DNA of 64,000 bases from a virus (IMGVR_UViG_3300045988_134824:72744-136743), one strand, 5' to 3'; positions 1 through 9,590 are shown, counted from the stretch's first letter. The notes: generated by a model not told the origin, from the sequence alone. Numbers and translations: made by a program.

Positions 1-235
1 AATAACTATACAAGTGCATATAATAGTATAACATACAATTATACACGACATACACCTATGACATAACATATAGATATACTACATATACATAACATTATAT
101 AATAGTACACCTACGGCATAGACAATCATTATATACCAAACTATATCACATATACTCATATATTATATTAATAATACTGTTATATACGTATTCCTTCTAT
201 ATAATACAAATGATCCTTGCATACGTTCATTCTAA
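1..235. repeat. G-depleted AT-rich low-complexity tract (degenerate ACATA/TATAC words), non-coding
   Basis: Almost no G on + strand, reiterated acata/catata/tatac words, no ORF; lies beside repressor gene. Confidence 0.4.
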
Positions 236-290
236 AGCATTTAAACGACTGTATAAGTACTTATAGGTGCATACGGCAGAGTAAACAGCA

Positions 291-545
291 TTATTGATCT
301 TTGCTGGTATTGTCTGTATTATCTTTCTTATTTAAAGATACAGATAGATTACAATCTAAAGCATTTAAAAGCATAAAAAAAGTGTCTAGCGTCATGTTTT
401 TACTCCTACCGTTTAACAGATTGCTTATAGTTTGTTTAGATAGTCCAGTACGGGCAACTATGTCTTTTTGCTTTAACTTATTATCTAACATATAGTGCTT
501 TATTTGTAAGATAAGATCATCTTGATTTTTTACAATATTATACAT
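291..545 (-). CDS. XRE-family HTH transcriptional regulator (CI/Cro-like repressor)
   Basis: 84 aa; DIVARTGLSKQTISNLLNGRS HTH_XRE-like motif; AGGAG RBS upstream on minus strand; divergent from tandem promoters. Confidence 0.6.
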   Translation of the reverse strand: MYNIVKNQDDLILQIKHYMLDNKLKQKDIVARTGLSKQTISNLLNGRSKNMTLDTFFMLLNALDCNLSVSLNKKDNTDNTSKDQ

Positions 546-578
546 ATAAAATTACTCCTAAATTTATTTAAAAAAGTA

Positions 579-607
579 TTGACATAGCAATACTAGTATT
601 GTATAAT
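579..607 (+). promoter_or_regulatory. sigma-70-like promoter P1: TTGACA-17-TATAAT with embedded 14-bp perfect palindrome CAATACTAGTATTG (588-601), candidate operator
   Basis: Consensus hexamers with 17-nt spacer read directly; palindrome sits in the spacer. Confidence 0.55.
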
Positions 608-705
608 TATAACTGTCAAAAGGATAAGACATACAAGTCCAATCCGATTGGTATTATTATATCACGATTTACTCAAAAAAGTAAATCAAAAAATTGAAAA
701 AAGTA

Positions 706-735
706 TCGACATAACAATACTAGTCATGGTATAAT
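706..735 (+). promoter_or_regulatory. Second tandem promoter P2 (TCGACA-18-TATAAT), near-duplicate of P1 with imperfect palindrome CAATACTAGTCATG
   Basis: ~40-nt block aaaaagtat[t/c]gacata[g/a]caatactagt repeated 127 nt apart. Confidence 0.45.
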
Positions 736-779
736 AAAGACAAGTTAAGAGAGAGATAAAAAACAAAAGTCATCTTGAT

Positions 780-1480
780 TGATCGACTAAGTTTTAAAAT
801 CTCAATTAACTTAATACCAGTTAAGATGCTGGTTACAAAAATTAAATAAAAAAAGATGATAAAGGCGTTCAGCCTTAATCAAAAAAGGCTTTCTGCCCAT
901 ATCATCTTTGGGATTTCGGTATCCCTGAACCTAGACAATTCTAGGATACCATATCTTTTCTAAAAAGTCAATTCAGACTTTTTAAATCCCTATTTAAAAC
1001 GGTTAAACACAACCGAATAAAAGAAGAAAAGAATACTTCTATAAAAACTCATGGTAACGCCATAACCCATGTAAAAAAGATGATAGGGTAGAGTGTCGCC
1101 CGATGCAATAAGTGACATTAAGGTTATTTAGCTAATAACCCATTAGTTAGTATGTATGGCTAATGTCGGGAGACACCAGCAACGCAGAACACTATACATT
1201 ACATTGAACGGTATAACTTAAGTGTGTTTTATAAACACTCTGAAAAATCTTTTTTGAATTAAAACATCAAAACCCAAAGATTAACAATGATTCAACCAGT
1301 TATAAAGCTGGTTAAGATTTCATAATTCTTTTATAGGTCGATGATGGGGTACAAATTAACGCCTTGCATGGTATGCACTCGAAAGACAAGCCACTGTCCA
1401 TGACACTGTTATTTGTATCCATTCATGAACTTATAAAAAATCCAGCCTTGAAAAGCTGGTCGTAGTGTTAGGAGGTAAAC
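780..1480 (+). other. ~700-nt non-coding, hairpin-rich leader between switch region and first early gene; candidate structured RNA
   Basis: No ORF >60 aa. Nested stems include aaagatgata...tatcatcttt (853-910), gggat..atccc, cctaga..tctagg, gtgtcgcccga...tcgggagacac (1093-1168) enclosing ggttatt..aataacc. Recurrent ccagNNN..NNNctgg and catgg..ccatg hairpins. Confidence 0.3.
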
Positions 1481-1484
1481 AACT

Positions 1485-1670
1485 ATGAAAAGAATGAAGT
1501 ACTATATTGACTATGTCGATAAAAAAACAAATATGGAACATTCAACTAGTTTTGAAACAAAAATTGAATGTTGGGCTTTTATTCGAAAGAATGAAAAGGA
1601 TATTCATTTAACTAAAAAACCATATACGAGTGATTTTCTTGATTGGTTTTTTAGTGAAGGAATAGCGTAA
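1485..1670 (+). CDS. hypothetical small protein (61 aa)
   Basis: ORF with GGAGG RBS (taggaggtaaacaactATG). Confidence 0.45.
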   Translation: MKRMKYYIDYVDKKTNMEHSTSFETKIECWAFIRKNEKDIHLTKKPYTSDFLDWFFSEGIA

Positions 1671-1778
1671 ACCATAAAGGCACGATCTAAAAAAGATTGT
1701 GTCTTTTTTATTGTAACTATTTAAAATCCCGCTTTTATAGAAATGTAAGTCGGGTATTTCAAGAAAGAAGGTATTATC

Positions 1779-2327
1779 ATGAACACGAACACAAATAAAG
1801 ATGGTTTTACAGCATGGGTTACAAACTTAGGGAAATACAATGAAGGAGAAATCATTGATAAAGCTGTAAATTTCCCACTTGCTGATGAAGATGAAATCAA
1901 GAACATCTTAAAAGAAATCGGTATCAATGCAAAATATGAAGAATACTTTGTTGCTGATTATGATGCAGAGTTTGATACAACGGACTTAGGAGAATACACA
2001 CCACTTTCAAGACTCCAGGAAATTGGAGAACGGTATTCAGAACTTTCAGATGAAGAAAGAACGGTATTTAATGAAATTAGTTCAGAAACATCAACTTTAG
2101 ATGAAGCCTTTGACATTGTAGAAGATGGCAATTATATCATTTATTCAGATTGTGACAGCATGAAAGACGTTGCTTATCGTTATGTTGATGATACTGGACT
2201 ACTCGAAAACATTTCAACGAGTGTATCAAATTATTTTGATTATGAAAAATACGGTCGTGAAATGGATATTCGTGGTTGGTATGTTGATTCTAAAGCATTT
2301 AACGGCTACATTTCAATTTTAAATTAA
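1779..2327 (+). CDS. ardA: ArdA-family antirestriction protein
   Basis: 182 aa; NLGKYNEGEI, IIYSDCDSMKDVAYRYVDDTGLL and NYFDYEKYGREMDIRGWYV blocks match the ArdA family signature; acidic protein. Confidence 0.8.
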   Translation: MNTNTNKDGFTAWVTNLGKYNEGEIIDKAVNFPLADEDEIKNILKEIGINAKYEEYFVADYDAEFDTTDLGEYTPLSRLQEIGERYSELSDEERTVFNEISSETSTLDEAFDIVEDGNYIIYSDCDSMKDVAYRYVDDTGLLENISTSVSNYFDYEKYGREMDIRGWYVDSKAFNGYISILN

Positions 2328-2338
2328 GGAGGTATATT

Positions 2339-2851
2339 ATGTACTATTATGATTTAGATGGAATTCAGACAGAAATCAAAAAACAGATCGAAAGAACAAA
2401 GTGCTTAATTGAAAAATGGGAGAAAGTTACATATCCAACCAAAAAAGATGGTGCACCATTCAAAAATATGTCAAAGAATTTTGACGGAGCTACATATACG
2501 GCAAAAGATAATAGTGCAGAATTATCAATCTGTGGATGGTCTGAGTTCAGCGGTTATGAACACGACTCTATTTTTTGCCACGAAACAAAATACGAGAATA
2601 GGCAATATATACCTATTCTTTATGACGTAAATCAGATTAAAGAAAAGATCAATAATAGGATTGACGATTTAAAAGACAATCTTGTTTCATTAGAAAAACA
2701 GTTAGAAGTATCTAAAAAAGCATATACAGAATTCCAGGAAGTATATGAAAATATGAGAAATCAGCTAAAAAAATTAAGTGGTTGTGAAAATGAAAAGTAT
2801 GAAAATACTTTGTTCCATGCAATCTATGGAACTATTGTTAAGCCATATTAG
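2339..2851 (+). CDS. hypothetical protein (170 aa)
   Basis: ORF with RBS aaggaggtatattATG; coiled-coil-like C-terminus. Confidence 0.5.
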   Translation: MYYYDLDGIQTEIKKQIERTKCLIEKWEKVTYPTKKDGAPFKNMSKNFDGATYTAKDNSAELSICGWSEFSGYEHDSIFCHETKYENRQYIPILYDVNQIKEKINNRIDDLKDNLVSLEKQLEVSKKAYTEFQEVYENMRNQLKKLSGCENEKYENTLFHAIYGTIVKPY

Positions 2852-2875
2852 AGAAATAAAAGGAGTGTTTGAATT

Positions 2876-3238
2876 ATGGAACAATATTTATATGCTGATG
2901 AATATGATGACAATGAGATTAAAATTCTAACAGTTGTCCAACTGTTAGAATTTTTTAATAAATCGGATGATAAAAAGAACGGTTCAAGTTTAGATGATTA
3001 TATTAAAGACAATATAAGAATGGATCTTATTGAACCGTTTTGTCCACATAAAGAAGCAGAAACGGTTGTTTGTGATTTACAGCCATTAGCAAAACAGTAT
3101 ATCTTGCAAGAAGCTGAGAAGGTTTTTAATGGTATGCCGTGGGTAGATACTCAAGAAGAACTGGATAATGTATATCATGAGAAAATCAAGAACTTATATG
3201 ATACGGTTGATTTTTCAGAGTTTGTGGCGTATTTATAG
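2876..3238 (+). CDS. hypothetical acidic protein (120 aa)
   Basis: ORF with RBS. Confidence 0.5.
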   Translation: MEQYLYADEYDDNEIKILTVVQLLEFFNKSDDKKNGSSLDDYIKDNIRMDLIEPFCPHKEAETVVCDLQPLAKQYILQEAEKVFNGMPWVDTQEELDNVYHEKIKNLYDTVDFSEFVAYL

Positions 3239-3331
3239 ATTGAATATTATAGACAAGTCAAAACACGACTTGTCTATTTTGTTGAACCTATAAAGCAATA
3301 AAGTCCCGTAAAGGGCAGAAAGAAGGATATT

Positions 3332-3583
3332 ATGACAAAATATAGAGTGATTTTCGGTTACTTTAGCGAACTTGTAGAAGTTGAAGAACCTACAACGGAT
3401 TATGGTGCAATCCTAGATCTTGCGATCGATCAACTAGAATCTGATGGAAATATGGGTGTATTTATTACAGATGAAGATATAGAACGTGATGGGATCACTG
3501 ATGATGCATATATCACTGGTGGAAATCACGGACTCAACTTATATCATGGTGGTAACTTCATGATAGAAAGAGTTGACGAGTAA
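3332..3583 (+). CDS. hypothetical protein (83 aa)
   Basis: ORF with RBS agaaggatattATG. Confidence 0.45.
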   Translation: MTKYRVIFGYFSELVEVEEPTTDYGAILDLAIDQLESDGNMGVFITDEDIERDGITDDAYITGGNHGLNLYHGGNFMIERVDE

Positions 3584-3604
3584 AGAAAGAAGGAAGGAAG
3601 AACA

Positions 3605-3796
3605 ATGGAAAAAACACAATTACATAAACCAACTATAACAGATATAGCCGTTGCGATTGTAGGAATTGCAATGGCTATTATTACATTTATCAAGATCCCG
3701 CAAGCTTTTATATTAGAAGCGTTGTTGGTAATGATTACCGCTGTCTATATGCTTGCTTGCGTTGGATTTTTTGATGATGATACAGATACAGAATAA
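3605..3796 (+). CDS. small membrane protein (63 aa, 2 predicted TM helices)
   Basis: hydrophobic stretches IAVAIVGIAMAIITFI and LLVMITAVYMLACVGFF. Confidence 0.45.
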   Translation: MEKTQLHKPTITDIAVAIVGIAMAIITFIKIPQAFILEALLVMITAVYMLACVGFFDDDTDTE

Positions 3797-3808
3797 GAAA
3801 GAAGGTAA

Positions 3809-4210
3809 ATGATTATGAATTTTGAAAAATATAGAGAACTTGACACAATTAAATTACATGGGATTTCTGCTGACATATTTCAAGAGAATGAACACGGAGA
3901 ACTTATTGATCCTTTACGTGGAAAAGATGCAGACTGGTTAACGGGAAAATCCACATTGGCAAAAGCGGAAAATTTCAATTTTGAACAATTTGTTCTTAAT
4001 GAAATCAATCAGCATTTTATTAACAATTTAGAAGCAAAAGATATTTGTATTTGTGGTAGTTGCTTTTCTTTTTGGAAACAAGAAGATGATGATGGTTTAG
4101 AAGATGATAATGGAAAATATTTTGTATCCTATGCCGTTAGTATCACAATTAATGGAAAATACATAGATGAAGAAGATTTATACGAACTATTTCCGAATTT
4201 TGAATATTAG
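3809..4210 (+). CDS. hypothetical protein (133 aa)
   Basis: ORF with RBS. Confidence 0.45.
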   Translation: MIMNFEKYRELDTIKLHGISADIFQENEHGELIDPLRGKDADWLTGKSTLAKAENFNFEQFVLNEINQHFINNLEAKDICICGSCFSFWKQEDDDGLEDDNGKYFVSYAVSITINGKYIDEEDLYELFPNFEY

Positions 4211-4838
4211 GAAAGAAGGTAAACACACAATGAGAACAAAACAGAACAAAACAATCAAGATCCTATTAGCCGTAGCACTCATATTTACGGCTTTTTTAAT
4301 CTTTGGAAATACTGTACACGCAAAGACAAAAAGAAGCACGTACAGAACGATAAACGGTATTTATAACAGTGACGGCACAATAGATACGGCAGATGGTTAT
4401 TGTTGGAAAGTTCGCAAGGAATCGTATGCCTATCCAGGGACTACACTCGCAACTATAAAATTTAACACACACGGCACTAGAAACAAGCTCGATGATTCTA
4501 TTGTAAAGATCACGGCAAAGAACAGAAATATTCAGCTTGTAAACGATTATATACGACATGAGTACGATCTAAATGCCTATAAGGTAAAGTATATCAGCAC
4601 TGGAAAATTAACCGATAGAATGATCCGTGAACGTGCTACACGACATACTATTTACGTGGAAATTATTAAAAGTGTTTCTGCCGGTGGTAGACATGGAACG
4701 TATGGAAAAAACTATTACCTTGCGTATAACAAACGTGTAAGAAAAGGAAAGCACGTGACAAGTTATTGTGTATGGAATCCTTGCAACGCCTATTGTGATG
4801 ATGTAGAAGCCGTGGCAGATAATGAAAAAATCAGATAG
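4167..4838 (+). CDS. secreted Cys-containing protein with N-terminal signal peptide (likely true start ATG ~4230)
   Basis: MRTKQNKTIKILLAVALIFTAFLIFGNTVHA signal-peptide-like N-terminus; RBS gaaagaaggtaaacacacaATG. Confidence 0.5.
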   Translation: MKKIYTNYFRILNIRKEGKHTMRTKQNKTIKILLAVALIFTAFLIFGNTVHAKTKRSTYRTINGIYNSDGTIDTADGYCWKVRKESYAYPGTTLATIKFNTHGTRNKLDDSIVKITAKNRNIQLVNDYIRHEYDLNAYKVKYISTGKLTDRMIRERATRHTIYVEIIKSVSAGGRHGTYGKNYYLAYNKRVRKGKHVTSYCVWNPCNAYCDDVEAVADNEKIR

Positions 4839-5139
4839 AAAGAAGGTTAGAACTATGAGAAAAGAAAATACAATGTACACTGGATTTTATGATATTCCTT
4901 GTCTTACTGGAAGAAAGAGTTTTTACGGTAAAGCAAAAGAAAGAGTTATCGACAATGGTTACGAGCTTAAATCATATGAAACTATTGTCTGTAAGTTAGT
5001 CAATGGAAAACTTATCCGATTGTGGAACGATTACAGCCCAACAACTATGAACCATGTAAACGGCTTCTTAGTGTTCCACGGTATGGAAAAGATCAAGAAA
5101 GCTGATTGGATGGCAATGGAAGTTAAGGAAGGAGCGTAA
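4822..5139 (+). CDS. hypothetical protein (likely start ~4856)
   Basis: ORF; RBS gaaagaaggttagaactATG. Confidence 0.45.
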   Translation: MKKSDRKKVRTMRKENTMYTGFYDIPCLTGRKSFYGKAKERVIDNGYELKSYETIVCKLVNGKLIRLWNDYSPTTMNHVNGFLVFHGMEKIKKADWMAMEVKEGA

Positions 5140-5143
5140 AACT

Positions 5144-5377
5144 ATGACAACGATTACTATATACAGAAACAAAAGGAACAAAAATAAATATATAGAAGTC
5201 CATAATGATGGACACTATCATAACTCAGTAAAACAGTTTATGCAATGGAAGAAAGATCACAATGGAAATCAGCTTGCCAAACCGATTAGAAATGAAATGG
5301 GTGATCGAGTGTTACATAGATGGAAAAAAGCAAACCTGATGACGTTACTGGAAGATTATGAACTGATTACAGCATAG
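5144..5377 (+). CDS. hypothetical basic protein (77 aa)
   Basis: ORF. Confidence 0.4.
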   Translation: MTTITIYRNKRNKNKYIEVHNDGHYHNSVKQFMQWKKDHNGNQLAKPIRNEMGDRVLHRWKKANLMTLLEDYELITA

Positions 5378-5391
5378 GAGGATGGAAGATT

Positions 5392-5703
5392 ATGAAAGAT
5401 GTAACAATGATTATTGAATCAGAAACAGTTGATAAATTTTTTGAAATCTTTTCTGATAGTTGGGATGATACTTTTGCTGGTTGTCTATTAGACAATCATT
5501 TTTTTGACATTGGAAAGAACAATTATAAGATAGGTAGGAAAAAGATTAGATCCTACGTTGTTATACGTGAAAAATACTTGAACGAATGGAGTAGTTGTTA
5601 CGAACTGTACATGACAGACAGTGAAAAGAAGTATAGAGAACTGTTGGGTATGTACTATAAGGATCGTGAAGAGTATGAAAAAGAAGAACTAAAAACGGCA
5701 TAG
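5392..5703 (+). CDS. hypothetical protein (103 aa)
   Basis: ORF with AGGAGG RBS. Confidence 0.45.
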   Translation: MKDVTMIIESETVDKFFEIFSDSWDDTFAGCLLDNHFFDIGKNNYKIGRKKIRSYVVIREKYLNEWSSCYELYMTDSEKKYRELLGMYYKDREEYEKEELKTA

Positions 5704-5710
5704 GAAGAAG

Positions 5711-6058
5711 GTGGAAATCATGAAAGAAAGAGAATTAAGAACAGCAAAGAAGTTTAACATTTTAGATAAATGTAAATCGTTGGAAAGAGAGCTTCTGCAA
5801 ATTAATAGAGTTGAAGCGATAGAATTTGATCTTAATGGATTTTACAGTGATATATATCAAGTAATTATCTTAGCAAGATATGATATTCCAATAACTTTAG
5901 AAAACTACTTTGAAACACGGAAGGAAGTTGTGAAAAATATCATCAAGGTTGCTGGAAATTATGGATTAACAAGAACAGAAGATCGTATTGAGGACTATGG
6001 AACGACATTTTATTTTGTATTTCGTTGTTCTAAAGAATGGAAAAATAAAGAAAACTAA
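5711..6058 (+). CDS. hypothetical protein (ATG likely at 5720)
   Basis: ORF; stereotyped RBS aaggtggaaatcATG. Confidence 0.45.
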   Translation: MEIMKERELRTAKKFNILDKCKSLERELLQINRVEAIEFDLNGFYSDIYQVIILARYDIPITLENYFETRKEVVKNIIKVAGNYGLTRTEDRIEDYGTTFYFVFRCSKEWKNKEN

Positions 6059-6071
6059 AAGGTAAAGGAAG

Positions 6072-6353
6072 GTGTATAGAATGGAAATTTTAAAGATGAC
6101 AAGAACAAACATGGTAGTGATTCAGACAGTAGAAAAGGAACAACAAAACACTTTTGATATTGGAAAAATCAAAGTCGCAGCCTTGCCACCGATCGCAAAG
6201 AAAGATCTTATCGCAGAACTTAAAAGCAAAGGCTTCTGCGATGGAATGATCCATACGGCTATGCAATGTAGGTTGGAAGATCTGAACGGCTACGTGAACG
6301 TGTGGAAGTATGTAGCGTATATCTTAGCGGTAGAATTGATGGAAAGATTATAA
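6072..6353 (+). CDS. hypothetical protein (93 aa)
   Basis: ORF with RBS. Confidence 0.45.
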   Translation: MYRMEILKMTRTNMVVIQTVEKEQQNTFDIGKIKVAALPPIAKKDLIAELKSKGFCDGMIHTAMQCRLEDLNGYVNVWKYVAYILAVELMERL

Positions 6354-6506
6354 AAGGGAGCTGGAAATATGGAAACTTCTTTTAAATTTGTAGATAGTGT
6401 AGGCAATATTTATTGGTATAAATTTAATTCAGTTGACGAAGCTCGTCATTTTGCATATGTTCATGGCTTATGTTTCTTAGGTAGTTAGCAATGGCATAGA
6501 AGGAAG

Positions 6507-6692
6507 GTGGAAATTATGATAACAAGAAATACATATCCCGATGGTAGAACGGAAATTTTCTGTAACACGCCTGATGAGTATAACGACTTATGCTGTGAGT
6601 ACGATCTTGAAGATTGCGGTAACAGTGGAAAATACGTTGGATTTAGTTGGTCGCACGATGATAAGAACAATGTAGATGTCTATTATAAGTAG
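6507..6692 (+). CDS. hypothetical Cys-containing small protein
   Basis: ORF; RBS aaggtggaaattATG. Confidence 0.4.
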   Translation: MEIMITRNTYPDGRTEIFCNTPDEYNDLCCEYDLEDCGNSGKYVGFSWSHDDKNNVDVYYK

Positions 6693-6699
6693 AAAGTAG

Positions 6700-6963
6700 G
6701 TGGAAAGAATGAGTCGCAGAACGACAATGACAGCATTAGCGTGCCACGTAGAACGAAAGTATAATACTTTATACTTCACAGAAAATCCTCCGAACGCTGG
6801 AATTGATGATAGCTTGCATGGATATAGATATTTCTTATTATATAAGAATACGTTCGGAATTTTTCGGAAATATAGAACGCAAGAAGAAGCAATTAACGGC
6901 ATGACGGAAATTTTAAGAGAAGATCCAACTAATCTATTCAATTTCTCTATGTGTCGTGCATAG
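6700..6963 (+). CDS. hypothetical protein (87 aa)
   Basis: ORF; RBS aggtggaaagaATG. Confidence 0.4.
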   Translation: MERMSRRTTMTALACHVERKYNTLYFTENPPNAGIDDSLHGYRYFLLYKNTFGIFRKYRTQEEAINGMTEILREDPTNLFNFSMCRA

Positions 6964-7151
6964 CTTATTACATAGCCAATTAAAGGCTTTTACTGTCTGT
7001 AATGAAGCAGACTACACCTTAACGGAAATACTGGACTATTGAAGCTAATAGTTACTTTAAATGAACGGAATGACTGTACTACTGATTGCTAGTAGTGACG
7101 TATTGGAACGGAAAAACGGTGGCGTATGGTAGATAAAAGAGTGCTTTTATC

Positions 7152-7206
7152 GGTGGGTTCAATGCCCACCTCGTTACTTCACACGATTGAAATTATCGTG
7201 TATAAT
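7152..7206 (+). promoter_or_regulatory. GC hairpin (ggtgggttcaatgcccacc) followed by promoter TTCACA-17-TATAAT whose spacer carries palindrome CACGATTGAAATTATCGTG
   Basis: Read directly at 7152-7170 (hairpin) and 7178-7206 (promoter/operator). Confidence 0.45.
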
Positions 7207-7260
7207 ATAAGAGAACAGTTAATATTTTAAAGTCCTAAATAGGCAGAAAGGCTGGAAATT

Positions 7261-7980
7261 ATGTACGAATTTAAAGAAATGATCTTGCCAGAACATTTTA
7301 ACCATGCTTCATACGCTGGATTTTGCGTGAAGCCTGGAATGTTTTATGGAGTAGAAAAAGAAAGTGGAAAATTAGTTGCTACAACGGGCTGGAATATAAA
7401 TGGATCAACAAACATTTACATACAGCATGAACCAAAATCAAAATGGAATAACGACTTATGGGAAGATCTTTATGATGATTATGGAAAACCTTTGATCACA
7501 ATTGAAAAAAATGACTTGCAACGAATTAGTGACAAGGTAAAAGAATTCCAGAGAACAGCAATGGATTTTGAAACGTGGGCAAATGTAAACGGATATACCG
7601 ACGAATACTATGAAGATCTCACTAGAGAAGAAATGGATCAGATAGAATCAGCTTATGAATGGTATTACTTTATGGAATATCCAGAATTTGTGATCCAGCT
7701 TTTAAAAGAACTCTGGGCTATGGAAAAAAATGTTGAAATTTTAATGGAAGATGGCTGTACTAGAAAAGAAGCAGAAAAGCATTTAAACAATGGCACAGTT
7801 GTTTATACATTAGAAGATTTTACAGAAAATTTTGAATTTATGAAAAATTTTCATGAAGATGCAGATGAAATTGAAGCTGATAAGAAAATTAAGAAGATGT
7901 TGGAAACAAAAATTCCAATGGATGGGTATAGTTTTGTAAAGTACGATGGAAGAGAATGGTTAATTAGTTATTGTTTATAG
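7261..7980 (+). CDS. hypothetical protein (239 aa)
   Basis: ORF; RBS aaggctggaaattATG. Confidence 0.5.
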   Translation: MYEFKEMILPEHFNHASYAGFCVKPGMFYGVEKESGKLVATTGWNINGSTNIYIQHEPKSKWNNDLWEDLYDDYGKPLITIEKNDLQRISDKVKEFQRTAMDFETWANVNGYTDEYYEDLTREEMDQIESAYEWYYFMEYPEFVIQLLKELWAMEKNVEILMEDGCTRKEAEKHLNNGTVVYTLEDFTENFEFMKNFHEDADEIEADKKIKKMLETKIPMDGYSFVKYDGREWLISYCL

Positions 7981-7986
7981 AATAAG

Positions 7987-8331
7987 GTGGTGGAAATTAT
8001 GAAATCATATAAAGAGTACGAAAGAGAGTTTATTGGAGATAGTGATATTGCGGCTTTAATTTTTGTAGGCACAACAAAAGACGGATTGAAGGCGAATATC
8101 TTAAATTTTGGTTGTGATGGAAGATATAATGCTTATATTGTGGATGAGAATGCAAAGATCGGAGATCACTATACCTTAGAGATGGAATTTGAAACATCAT
8201 CAGGATTCAGGGCATGGCTCAAAATCTATGACGATATAGGATTGATGGCAGATTATAAGGCAGACAAAATTAGAGTATATCGTGCTGGAGATTTTGGTTA
8301 CATTATTCAGCTTATCGGGGAAAAAGAATAA
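7987..8331 (+). CDS. hypothetical protein (114 aa)
   Basis: ORF; RBS ggtggtggaaattATG. Confidence 0.45.
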   Translation: MVEIMKSYKEYEREFIGDSDIAALIFVGTTKDGLKANILNFGCDGRYNAYIVDENAKIGDHYTLEMEFETSSGFRAWLKIYDDIGLMADYKADKIRVYRAGDFGYIIQLIGEKE

Positions 8332-8376
8332 CGGAAAATTTAATACAAGAACAAAGTAATCTAGGAAGATGCAGAA

Positions 8377-8709
8377 ATGTATCTTCCTTTTTTAATGGAA
8401 AGAAATGAGGTAAGAACGATATTAGAAATGAGTAGAAAAGATTTTGAAGAGAAAAGTTTTAAAGAAGTAATGGAAATGGCAATGGATAATTGCCCGATAT
8501 GTACAGAAGATGATTTGAGGTTGTATGTAATCGAAAGTGTTAATGATGAAAGTTATTATCTTGCGTCACATATCCTTGATGTGTTGTTAGCAGGATATTT
8601 GACAGAATTTTATGATTATGATCGTACAATGGGTACATTAGATACGCCAGAACCAATTAGAACAAAAGAAGATCTTATTGAGTATGGTGATATAGAGTTG
8701 ATTGATTAA
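8377..8709 (+). CDS. hypothetical acidic protein, paralog of next gene
   Basis: C-terminal EPIRTKEDLIEYGDIELID resembles next ORF QPLSQKEDLVKAGYLELVG; similar upstream gaggtaaga(a/g)cg. Confidence 0.45.
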   Translation: MYLPFLMERNEVRTILEMSRKDFEEKSFKEVMEMAMDNCPICTEDDLRLYVIESVNDESYYLASHILDVLLAGYLTEFYDYDRTMGTLDTPEPIRTKEDLIEYGDIELID

Positions 8710-8729
8710 AGGAAACGAGGTAAGAGCGA

Positions 8730-9017
8730 ATGAAAGTTAGTAAAGAAGAGTACGAAAGATTAGATTTTGAAGATTTTGTGGAAAAATTAAAACCACAATG
8801 CAGTACATTGTGTAGCTTAGAAGATATGAAGAACGCTTGCGTTGATGCAGTTAACGTGATGGAAGTTAGCCTTGCAATTCATATACTGGAACCGATTGAA
8901 GAGTACGGAGTGTGGTATTACGACTATGATCGAGAAAAGGGTATGCAGTATGTACCGCAACCACTATCACAAAAAGAAGATCTTGTGAAAGCTGGATACT
9001 TAGAACTGGTCGGATAA
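8730..9017 (+). CDS. hypothetical acidic protein, paralog of previous gene
   Basis: see above. Confidence 0.45.
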   Translation: MKVSKEEYERLDFEDFVEKLKPQCSTLCSLEDMKNACVDAVNVMEVSLAIHILEPIEEYGVWYYDYDREKGMQYVPQPLSQKEDLVKAGYLELVG

Positions 9018-9059
9018 TAAAATGCAGATTTAATTACTTTAAAATAATTAAAAAAGTGA

Positions 9060-9088
9060 TTGACGAGTAATTGAAAAAGTGATATTAT
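9060..9088 (+). promoter_or_regulatory. promoter TTGACG-17-TATTAT
   Basis: hexamers and spacing read directly. Confidence 0.5.
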
Positions 9089-9101
9089 ATCATTGTAAGG
9101 A

Positions 9102-9293
9102 GTGAGAGAAATGGCAAGAAAACCAATGTCGATCCAAATCGAAGAAACCTTACAAGAAAGTTTTAAGCTAAAATGCAAGTGTAATTCATTAAAATATAGT
9201 GATGTTGCAGAAGCATTATTGCAGTCGTATGTTGATGGAAAAATTGACGTTCGAGTAGAAATGAAATACACTGTAACGCCTAAAACCTTGTAA
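9102..9293 (+). CDS. ribbon-helix-helix (Arc/CopG-like) DNA-binding protein (ATG likely 9111)
   Basis: KPMSIQIEETLQESFKLKC beta-strand then helix SDVAEALLQSYV pattern typical of RHH regulators. Confidence 0.45.
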   Translation: MREMARKPMSIQIEETLQESFKLKCKCNSLKYSDVAEALLQSYVDGKIDVRVEMKYTVTPKTL

Positions 9294-9302
9294 AACAAAA
9301 AA

Positions 9303-9326
9303 GGTGGTAAGCTGGAACTTACCACC
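9303..9326. terminator. GC-rich hairpin GGTGGTAAG-ctggaa-CTTACCACC; U-tract lies on the minus-strand side
   Basis: perfect 9-bp stem; flanked by aaaacaaaaaa upstream. Confidence 0.4.
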
Positions 9327-9590
9327 AAAGAATGTGTAAAATATCTTCCACGAATGGAAAGATATATACCCAATCCGAACAAATTGAGTATATATCAAAT
9401 TATCAATTCTTTCAAGTGGAAATATTCATTTTCACATATTCCAATTTGTTTTAATAGCACATTGAGAATTGAATATCTTGTATTTAGTAGGTACCTGAGA
9501 ACGGAAGCTACGAAAAGCCGAAACATCTAAAAGCTGTGAAGTATACAAGAGTGATGGAAATTATATTTTTACAGAAAGGACTTAGATAAG

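Noticed and set aside
2409-2630. 73-aa alternative-frame + ORF within 2339-2851
   Set aside because: Completely nested in a longer ORF that has an RBS. Basic low-complexity translation.
6588-6941. 117-aa minus-strand ORF overlapping two + strand early genes
   Set aside because: Whole region is densely coded on + strand with RBSs. Minus ORF lacks RBS and has hydrophobic low-complexity content.
9303-9326. Calling the GGTGGTAAG hairpin a + strand terminator
   Set aside because: U-run is on the opposite strand side (aaaacaaaaaa upstream). Kept only as a hairpin of uncertain polarity.
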